From an uncultured virus (IMG/VR IMGVR_UViG_3300029787_000013) (lineage: Duplodnaviria; Heunggongvirae; Uroviricota; Caudoviricetes): a stretch of 24,602 bases of DNA. Within the stretch, counting starts at the first letter, position 1; every line of letters starts with the position of its first letter. Both the position numbers and the translations under genes were made by a program. The notes beneath the pieces are model-generated. The model saw only the letters and a program-made list of their open reading frames with translations, did no database searches and was not told where the DNA came from. The stretch lies in the IMG/VR virus record IMGVR_UViG_3300029787_000013, one strand, 5' to 3'. This document shows, one piece after another, positions 6,868-13,908 of this stretch.

Positions 6868-7278
6868 ATGAAATATAAATTAGATCTTGGAAGCCCTAGA
6901 AATAAAGAGGCTAAACATATTATATTTATAACAGCTAAAGCTACTGGCACAACTGTACAAATGCTTTCGAGTAAATGTAGAGTTAGAAATCTAGTAGATG
7001 CTAGAAGAATCTGTTATGTAATATTAAGAGATACATTAAAAATGACATATGGAGAAATAGGATCTCATTTTGATAGAGATCATGCTTCTATTATGCACAA
7101 TTATGAACAACATGAAGATTTACTTAGAATGTATGCTGATTACAGAATTATGTATGAACGAGTAAAAGGCAGACTTATGAATAATCCTTATGTTGAAAAT
7201 GATATGTATGAAATTATAGATAATTTAAGTTTTAGACTATATGAAGTTGAAAAACAAATAAAAAAGATAAATATATGA
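6868..7278 (+). CDS. Stand-alone DnaA domain IV (Bac_DnaA_C)-like HTH protein
   Basis: 'LSSKCRVRNLVDARRICYVILR...TYGEIGSHFDRDHASIMH' mirrors the DnaA C-terminal R..R..AR...IG..F..RDH.TV.H signature. Confidence 0.8.
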   Translation: MKYKLDLGSPRNKEAKHIIFITAKATGTTVQMLSSKCRVRNLVDARRICYVILRDTLKMTYGEIGSHFDRDHASIMHNYEQHEDLLRMYADYRIMYERVKGRLMNNPYVENDMYEIIDNLSFRLYEVEKQIKKINI

Positions 7279-7559
7279 ATGAAATACCTTATAAAAAATA
7301 TCCAAAAACTCAGATAGAATCTTATGAGAAAATATTAGAATCCCTTGGCGTCAAACAGGCAAAAGTATTACAAGTAGTTAAAAATGATTTAAAAATGGCT
7401 ACTAATAGAATGATTGCAAACAAATTAGGCTGGGAAATTAATAGAGTAACTGGAAGAGTCACTGAATTAGTTAACCGTGGGTTATTACAATCTGCGGGCA
7501 CATATGAAGATAAAGAAACCAATAGAACAGTAACATTATGGAAGTATTCACACGGTTAA
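7275..7559 (+). CDS. Winged HTH DNA-binding protein
   Basis: 'KQAKVLQVV...ATNRMIANKLGWEINRVTGRVTELVNRGLL...TNRTVTLW'. Confidence 0.8.
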   Translation: MNEIPYKKYPKTQIESYEKILESLGVKQAKVLQVVKNDLKMATNRMIANKLGWEINRVTGRVTELVNRGLLQSAGTYEDKETNRTVTLWKYSHG

Positions 7560-8731
7560 ATATGATAAAATCAAAAGATATACAACAGAAAAAAGCATTA
7601 AACGCATGGGCGGCAGCTAAATTTATAGGATCTGTAATTGCAGGTACTGGATTTGGTAAAAGCCGCGTTGGTGTAATAGCTGTTGGTCAAACATTAAGAA
7701 GAGACGAAACAGCCAATGGCCTTGTTTTAGTCCCTACCACCCAATTGCAAGATCAGTTTACTGATGAATTTCACAAATGGGGGTATTCAGATGTGCTTGA
7801 CCGCGTTAATATTTTATGTTATCAAACTGCTTATAAATTGCAAGAACAGTCTTACAAGATTGTTATTTGTGATGAGATACATTTAGGCTTGAGTCCTAAG
7901 TATCGTAAGTTTTTTGAAAACAATACATATGAACGGCTATTATGCATGACTGCAACTTTACCAGAAGAATCTGAATATAAACTATTACTACATAAATTAG
8001 CACCTACTATATATAAAATAACCCTTGATGATTGTGTCAACCTAGGTTTGGTATCACCATATGAATTATATTGTGTACCACTTGAATTAACAAAAACAGA
8101 ACAAGCAGATTATAAAAAGATCAACAATAGTTTTGTTTATTGGAAATATCAATTAGGACAATTTGATGCATTCAACAGAGCTCAAGAAATATTAGCTGAT
8201 AAAAATGCTACTGGAGCTGACAAACAGTCTGCAGTTCAGTTTTATAGAGCTATTAGAGAGCGTAAAAAAATAGTTGATTTTGCATCTAATAAAATAAATA
8301 TTACTAAACAAATTGTAATAAATAATTTAGATAATAAAATCCTTATATTTACGGGAGCAAACGAATTTACAGATACCATATGTTCTGCTATAAAGCCTTT
8401 AGCTTTGTCGTATCATTCTAAGATAGGCAAGAAAGCTAGAACTGCTGCAATAGAGAAATTTAAAAATGGTAAGATAAGTGTATTATGCTCTACAAAAGCG
8501 TTAAATCAAGGATTTGATGTTGAAGATGCTAATATGGGTATATTATGTGGGATCACAAGTAAATCACTATCAATGATACAAAGAGTTGGTAGATTACTTA
8601 GATTTCAAGAAAATAAAGTAGGTAAGATAATTATATTGTATGTAAAAGATAGTCAGGAAGAAAAATGGTTAAAAAATGCAGTCAAAACTCTAGACAACGT
8701 TAATTGGGTGTCTGGAGTAAGTGATTTATAA
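7538..8731 (+). CDS. Superfamily 2 helicase (ResIII/UvsW/SSL2-like)
   Basis: Walker A 'GTGFGKS', Ia 'VLVPTTQL', 'DEIH', 'MTAT', 'LNQGFDV', motif VI 'QRVGRLLR'. The true start may be Met at 7562. Confidence 0.92.
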   Translation: MEVFTRLNMIKSKDIQQKKALNAWAAAKFIGSVIAGTGFGKSRVGVIAVGQTLRRDETANGLVLVPTTQLQDQFTDEFHKWGYSDVLDRVNILCYQTAYKLQEQSYKIVICDEIHLGLSPKYRKFFENNTYERLLCMTATLPEESEYKLLLHKLAPTIYKITLDDCVNLGLVSPYELYCVPLELTKTEQADYKKINNSFVYWKYQLGQFDAFNRAQEILADKNATGADKQSAVQFYRAIRERKKIVDFASNKINITKQIVINNLDNKILIFTGANEFTDTICSAIKPLALSYHSKIGKKARTAAIEKFKNGKISVLCSTKALNQGFDVEDANMGILCGITSKSLSMIQRVGRLLRFQENKVGKIIILYVKDSQEEKWLKNAVKTLDNVNWVSGVSDL

Positions 8732-8749
8732 TTAATAAACTTTACTCGT

Positions 8750-9310
8750 ATGAAAATAGAATTAGACTTAAAATTGTTAGAAGAAATTAAATTAGATGCT
8801 AATGAATATGTAGCATTATATTTAATCTGGCGTAAAGGCTATGGATATTTCAAACCTATTAATTTAAATCCTGATTGGGAAAAGTTGCAACAAGACGGCT
8901 GGGTAGTTATAGCTCCTTTTGGTTCTATATATACTTATAATGTGACTGAAAAATTTACAGATCTATTTGATTGTAATTTTGATCACATGTTTGCTGAACT
9001 TGTTGCTACTTACCCAATGAAAGTTGCTTCTCCAACTAGAGGAGTTAGAATTTTGCATGCTAAAGACCCTGGATCTAAATCCAATTTAAAAGCAAAAAAT
9101 AAGTATCGCAAAATAGTTAACAACAAAAAACATAAGCATAAAGAGATTATGCTATTGTTGCAGAAGCAATTATTAGTAGATCAAGAGAACCTTGGCTACT
9201 TACAGAATTTAGAAACTTGGATTAATAACCATACTTGGGAAAAGTATGAAGAAATAGACATAAACGATGCAAAAGGAACAACAAAACAACGAAACACAAG
9301 GCTCCTCTAA
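8750..9310 (+). CDS. Phage replication initiator / helicase loader-like protein
   Basis: C-terminal 'F..L...YP.K...KAK.KY...YLQNLETWIN..TWE' resembles phage replisome-organiser C-terminal domains; directly precedes and overlaps dnaB. Confidence 0.55.
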   Translation: MKIELDLKLLEEIKLDANEYVALYLIWRKGYGYFKPINLNPDWEKLQQDGWVVIAPFGSIYTYNVTEKFTDLFDCNFDHMFAELVATYPMKVASPTRGVRILHAKDPGSKSNLKAKNKYRKIVNNKKHKHKEIMLLLQKQLLVDQENLGYLQNLETWINNHTWEKYEEIDINDAKGTTKQRNTRLL

Positions 9311-10229
9311 TGTATTCAAAGAGAAAGGATTTCAAAAAATTGATAAGGCTGTAAATCAATCTGTAACCATTGTAAAAGATGCAATGCAGGGAAAAAGGGA
9401 CGTGCTCCCAACTAAATGGCCTCGATTAAATAGAAACCTTCTTGGAGGATTACAAAAGGGTAAGCTTTATGTGATCGCTGGTAGACCTGGCGTAGGTAAA
9501 TCAGCATTTAGTAATCAATTAGTATTTGATATATTGGACTCAAATCCAAACAAAGATCTAATTGTATTATATTGGACTTTTGAAATGCCTGGTTATCAAC
9601 AAGTTATGAGAACAGCTGCTAAAGATGTTAAAAAACAAATGGCAGATTTGTTATCAGTTGATGATCCGCTTTCACAAGTAGACTTTCAAACGTATGCTAA
9701 TAGAGTAGATAAACTAAAGAAGTATAATATATATTTTAACAATATACCAAGAAGTATAGAATTTATTAAACAAGCAAATACACAAATATTTATGGACCGT
9801 CCTAAAACGATGGTAATTAATTTATTTGATCATTCTAGGTTAATACCTGGAACTGAAGAAACAGAATTAAGAAAGCTTAATGCTGTATCTAAAGGATGTA
9901 TGTGGATGCAATCAAGAATGGGAGTGATTAATATATTATTATCACAACTGAATAGAAATATAGAACAAGAACACAGAGCTAAAAATCAATATCAACCATT
10001 GCTATCAGATATATTTGGTGGTGATAGTATAGGTCAAGATGCTCATGTAGTTATGATCTTAAATAGACCACACGATCTGTATGGTGTAGAAGATACATAC
10101 TGTAATGAAGATCCTATTGGATTACTTGCTTGCCATGTTGAGAAGAATAGAGATGGTTTGTTAGGCATGATTCCTTATGAGGCGGAAATGTCAACATTCA
10201 CAATTCATGAACGTATAAAAAATAAATAA
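9267..10229 (+). CDS. dnaB: DnaB-like (SF4) replicative helicase, ATPase domain only
   Basis: 'GRPGVGKS', 'TFEM', 'LFDH', 'LSQLNR', 'SIGQDAHVVMIL.R', 'KNRDG'. At 320 aa it lacks the usual N-terminal domain. Confidence 0.92.
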   Translation: MQKEQQNNETQGSSNVFKEKGFQKIDKAVNQSVTIVKDAMQGKRDVLPTKWPRLNRNLLGGLQKGKLYVIAGRPGVGKSAFSNQLVFDILDSNPNKDLIVLYWTFEMPGYQQVMRTAAKDVKKQMADLLSVDDPLSQVDFQTYANRVDKLKKYNIYFNNIPRSIEFIKQANTQIFMDRPKTMVINLFDHSRLIPGTEETELRKLNAVSKGCMWMQSRMGVINILLSQLNRNIEQEHRAKNQYQPLLSDIFGGDSIGQDAHVVMILNRPHDLYGVEDTYCNEDPIGLLACHVEKNRDGLLGMIPYEAEMSTFTIHERIKNK

Positions 10230-10231
10230 AG

Positions 10232-10936
10232 ATGGAATTCAAATTACCAAAGACTATCGTGAAAGCTTCACGTAAGTCACCTAAAAACATGGTCATTTAT
10301 GGCCCTCCCAAGATTGGGAAAACAACAATGTTATCTAAATTAGATAACTGTCTTATTATTGACTTAGAAGATGGTTCTGACATGGTTGATGCTTTAAAAG
10401 TTAAAGTAAACAACTTAGGTATGTTAGCTGCTATTGGAAAAGAAATAATACAAGAACAAAAACCATATAAATATGTTGCTATTGACACTATCTCTAAACT
10501 AGAGGAATGGTGTGAAGTAGAAGGTAAACGTATTTATATGAAAACTCCAATGGGTAAAAACTTTGAACAAAAGAACCCTGGCGCATCAGTCCTATCATTA
10601 CCAAACGGTGCTGGCTACTTATATTTAAGGATAGCCTTTAAACAATGGATAGACAGATTGAATTTGCTAGCGGACCATATAATCTTAGTTGGTCACCTAA
10701 AGGATAAAATGCTTGAAAAGAAAGGTAAAGAGGTTGCTGTAAAGGACCTTGATTTAACTGGTAAGATCAAGCAAATAACATGCGCTAATGCAGACGCAAT
10801 TGGTTATATATACAGAGAAAATGAAAAAACTATGATTTCATTTGACTCTTTAGATGACACAGTTGCAGGATCACGATGTGATCACTTAAAAGGGCAAACA
10901 ATGCCTTTTGAATGGAATAAAATATTTATAGACTAA
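10232..10936 (+). CDS. AAA_24 / Sak4-like P-loop ATPase
   Basis: 'IYGPPKIGKTT', 'IIDLEDGS', 'VAIDTIS', 'ILVGH', 'ADAIGY'. Confidence 0.85.
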   Translation: MEFKLPKTIVKASRKSPKNMVIYGPPKIGKTTMLSKLDNCLIIDLEDGSDMVDALKVKVNNLGMLAAIGKEIIQEQKPYKYVAIDTISKLEEWCEVEGKRIYMKTPMGKNFEQKNPGASVLSLPNGAGYLYLRIAFKQWIDRLNLLADHIILVGHLKDKMLEKKGKEVAVKDLDLTGKIKQITCANADAIGYIYRENEKTMISFDSLDDTVAGSRCDHLKGQTMPFEWNKIFID

Positions 10937-10955
10937 TTAAAAAAATTTAAATAAA

Positions 10956-11414
10956 ATGATTGAAACACGAATCAACTCTGAAACGGGTAACACGGAGGCT
11001 GTAACGCCACAAAGAATAACAACAACTATGATTATAGATGATTTAGAGAATGGAATTGATAGAACAGGTATAAGAGATAAATATAATTTACAAGCGTGGG
11101 AGGTTAAACAAATGTTTGAGCACCCTGCATTAAAAGGCAAGAAAGCTAAAAAAGTTAAAAAACTATCTTTTGAATTTGTAGATGATACTATTAATCCTAA
11201 TCAACTAGATATTGAAGATCAAATCAAAGAAGAAGAAAGCGTAGAATTATTAGATGTAGAAGAAAAAACAAATAGTTTTGATCCTTCTGATACATATAAT
11301 GATGATAAAATGCATGATGCTGTAATAGATCATGCTGAAGTTAAGTCTGACCCTAATCATATGAATGATGAAGAGTTAACTGACTTTGAACAATTAGACA
11401 ATAATAATTATTAA
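10956..11414 (+). CDS. Hypothetical protein (short HTH-like N-domain, basic patch, long acidic tail)
   Basis: 152 aa; 'KGKKAKKVKK' followed by a strongly D/E-rich C-terminal half. Confidence 0.75.
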   Translation: MIETRINSETGNTEAVTPQRITTTMIIDDLENGIDRTGIRDKYNLQAWEVKQMFEHPALKGKKAKKVKKLSFEFVDDTINPNQLDIEDQIKEEESVELLDVEEKTNSFDPSDTYNDDKMHDAVIDHAEVKSDPNHMNDEELTDFEQLDNNNY

Positions 11415-11432
11415 TTTTAAAACTATATAAAA

Positions 11433-12191
11433 ATGGCTATAAAATCAAATTCAAGTGAACAAGAAGTAATGGGATCAGGTATGAAACTATATTCTGGTTT
11501 AGCTAATATGACTGTAATTGCAGTAAATCCTACAATGGCAGAATTGCACGCAGTAGATATTAATGTTAAAACTGAACCTAATTACTTTTTAGAGCTTAAT
11601 GGCACAGAATACTTTAAAGTAGTATTTTGGATGAAGAATTCTGATCTAACGACTAGATTAGAAATATTAATGACTGATCAACCAAGGATTTCTCAAAGTG
11701 GTAAAAATCAATGGATTAATAACATTGGCCAAAGCACTTGGTCTGAAGCTGCACCAACATATGATTGGTGGAAAGCTGAAGGTCAAAGACATGCTTTTGG
11801 AGGTGAAGAGACATTAATTAATTTTGTTAAAGCTTGGGCTAATGTTGCATCTGGTGATGATGTATCTTTTGAAACCATGCCTAAAATGGTTAAAGGAGAT
11901 GTAACTGAACTAAAAACATTAGTTAAATTATTAAATAATAATCAAGCAAGAGTATTAGTAGGAGTTAAAGATGGTAAATATCAAGTTGTTTATACTAAAC
12001 ATTTTGGTAGAGTTAAACCACAAAGAGATGATTTATTCGTAAAGAATCTTAATGATGAATACGGTACTTTTAATGCAGAGTTTAATACAGAATTAACTTG
12101 GGGAGAATTTAAACCTCAATTAGCTGTAACAACTCCAGATGAAGATAAAGACCCATTTTCTTCAGATGATGAAAATAAAGATTGGGTCTAA
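11433..12191 (+). CDS. Probable single-stranded DNA-binding protein
   Basis: 252 aa, aromatic-rich, acidic tail ending in an aromatic residue (DDENKDWV); located in the Sak4-like to primase cluster. Function inferred. Confidence 0.55.
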   Translation: MAIKSNSSEQEVMGSGMKLYSGLANMTVIAVNPTMAELHAVDINVKTEPNYFLELNGTEYFKVVFWMKNSDLTTRLEILMTDQPRISQSGKNQWINNIGQSTWSEAAPTYDWWKAEGQRHAFGGEETLINFVKAWANVASGDDVSFETMPKMVKGDVTELKTLVKLLNNNQARVLVGVKDGKYQVVYTKHFGRVKPQRDDLFVKNLNDEYGTFNAEFNTELTWGEFKPQLAVTTPDEDKDPFSSDDENKDWV

Positions 12192-12197
12192 TAAATA

Positions 12198-12265
12198 AGA
12201 ACAAAGTTGTAATTTTTAATAACGTCCTGTTATACTTTGTGAAACTAATTACGGTTCTTTGTTCT
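12198..12265 (+). other. Long interrupted stem-loop
   Basis: AGAACAAAG/CTTTGTTCT (12198-206/12257-265), TTGTAATT/AATTACGG and an inner ATAAC/GTTAT hairpin. Confidence 0.6.
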
Positions 12266-12266
12266 G

Positions 12267-12412
12267 AATAAATAGAGGGGCGCTCGGCGTAAGTAGCGGT
12301 TATTCACTCAGTCGTGCATGTAAGTTGCTGATTTAACTCTAGACATTTAAATTCTAGAGCCCAAAGCGACCTGCAGGTAGTAACTAAGCATGTGTGAGCC
12401 CCTCTTTTTATT
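12267..12412 (+). ncRNA. Candidate structured RNA upstream of primase, family unassigned
   Basis: GC-rich island closed by AGAGGGGC/GCCCCTCT then a T-tract. Inner stems: CGCT/AGCG with a GC-GTAA-GT loop, GTGCATGT/GCATGTGT, AGTTGCTG/TAGTAACT, CTCTAGA/TCTAGAG and ACC-TGCA-GGT. Confidence 0.55.
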
Positions 12413-12431
12413 TTAAATTAAATTTAATGTT

Positions 12432-13484
12432 ATGGCAATAAAAAGTAGAAGTAGTGATACATATTTACATTCAAGCGTAATTTTAAATAAGATAAGTGAG
12501 TATGATATATTTAAATATTATTGCCCACAATTTGAAAAACTAGGTAAAAAATTTTGTAGTCCTTTAAGAAATGATTCTAATCCTACTGTATCTATTATAC
12601 AGTGGAGACACAAATTATTATATAAAGATTTTGGACAACCTGAACATACATTTGATTGTTTTTCTTTTGTAAGTCACAAATATGAATGTGACTTTTTTAG
12701 TGCGCTACGTATAGTAGACATGGATTTCAATTTAAACTTAGCATCTCATATAGAAGTAAGAAAATTTACTATGGGATATTTAGGTGTTAAATACAATAAA
12801 GACATTCAACCTAAAAAAGTAACTATTATAAAGAAAAAACGACGAGCATGGAATCAACAAGATGCAAACTTTTGGAGTCTTTTTAGTATATCTAAATTTA
12901 CTCTAAAATATTTTAATGTTGAGCCTATTAGTCATTATTGGATTAATGAAAATAGATTTCATTGTAATGAGATTACTTATGCATATAAGTATAGATCAAA
13001 ATATAAAATCTATTCTCCTTATTCAGAAGTTAAATGGATGAGTAATACAACAGCTAAACAGATTCAAGGTTGGAAACAATTAAAAGTTGATTGGCATACT
13101 CAATATGTTATAATAACATCATCGTTAAAAGATGTAATGTGTTTATACCAAATGGGACATCCAGCAATTGCGTTGCAAAGTGAAATGCAAATGCCTGATG
13201 AAAAATTAATAAGTGAACTTAAAAATAAATTTGAATGTATTATATTACTATATGACAATGATTTTGATAATCCTAACAATCCAGGCCAAACTATGGCAGA
13301 AAAAATTAAAAGTAGGTATTATTCAGAACATGTGCAAAATATATGTATAGATACATCTTATAAAAGTAAAGATTTATCAGATTTAATTAAGAATCACGGG
13401 TTAGAAACAGCAATACATTTTATGAAAACAATAATTGAAAATAAATTAAAAGATTATGAGAAGAGTGAAACGCTCCCCTTCTAA
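12432..13484 (+). CDS. DNA primase (DnaG-like; degenerate CHC2 domain plus TOPRIM)
   Basis: 'FCSPLRNDSNPT...YKDFG...DCFSFV...DFFSAL' N-domain; TOPRIM 'IITSSLKDVM', 'LYDND', 'KDLSD'. Confidence 0.85.
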   Translation: MAIKSRSSDTYLHSSVILNKISEYDIFKYYCPQFEKLGKKFCSPLRNDSNPTVSIIQWRHKLLYKDFGQPEHTFDCFSFVSHKYECDFFSALRIVDMDFNLNLASHIEVRKFTMGYLGVKYNKDIQPKKVTIIKKKRRAWNQQDANFWSLFSISKFTLKYFNVEPISHYWINENRFHCNEITYAYKYRSKYKIYSPYSEVKWMSNTTAKQIQGWKQLKVDWHTQYVIITSSLKDVMCLYQMGHPAIALQSEMQMPDEKLISELKNKFECIILLYDNDFDNPNNPGQTMAEKIKSRYYSEHVQNICIDTSYKSKDLSDLIKNHGLETAIHFMKTIIENKLKDYEKSETLPF

Positions 13485-13908
13485 GGGAAAAATTAAAAAC
13501 GCAACTAAATGTACTTATAAGGGTATAAAATTTAGATCTAAATTAGAACTATTTACTTATAAACAATTAGAAAGCGCAGGAATTAAATCTATGTATGAAG
13601 AAAATACATATACACTTTTACCAGGATTTTATTTAGAGATGGATAGTTATGAACCAAGCAAACAAGGGTATAAAAATAATACCAAAAAAATAAGAGCGGT
13701 TACATACACACCAGATTTTGTAGATCCTAAAGGTAAATGGATAATAGAAGTTAAAGGATACGCTAATGATGTGTTTCCTATAAAATGGAAATTGTTTAAA
13801 TTATATTTATTAGAAAATGAAATGGATTGCACTTTGTTTTTACCTAAAAATCAAAAACAAGTTAAAGAAACTGTTGAACTTATAAAAAAATTAGAAAATG
13901 AGTATTAA
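13456..13908 (+). CDS. PD-(D/E)XK endonuclease (DUF1064 / T7 endonuclease I-like resolvase)
   Basis: 'FRSKLE', 'YTPDF', 'IIEVKG'. Confidence 0.85.
   Translation: MRRVKRSPSKGKIKNATKCTYKGIKFRSKLELFTYKQLESAGIKSMYEENTYTLLPGFYLEMDSYEPSKQGYKNNTKKIRAVTYTPDFVDPKGKWIIEVKGYANDVFPIKWKLFKLYLLENEMDCTLFLPKNQKQVKETVELIKKLENEY

Noticed and set aside
4975..10229. Inteins or self-splicing introns in polA, the helicase or dnaB
   Set aside because: The proteins are compact with continuous motifs and show no splice-junction or homing-endonuclease signatures.
12323..12390. SAM-II riboswitch resemblance (GCTGATTTAAC after GTTGCT, pairing with AGCGAC)
   Set aside because: The UUGC segment before the 3' P1 strand and the GCUAAA pseudoknot partner are not present in the required positions; kept only as an unassigned structured RNA.
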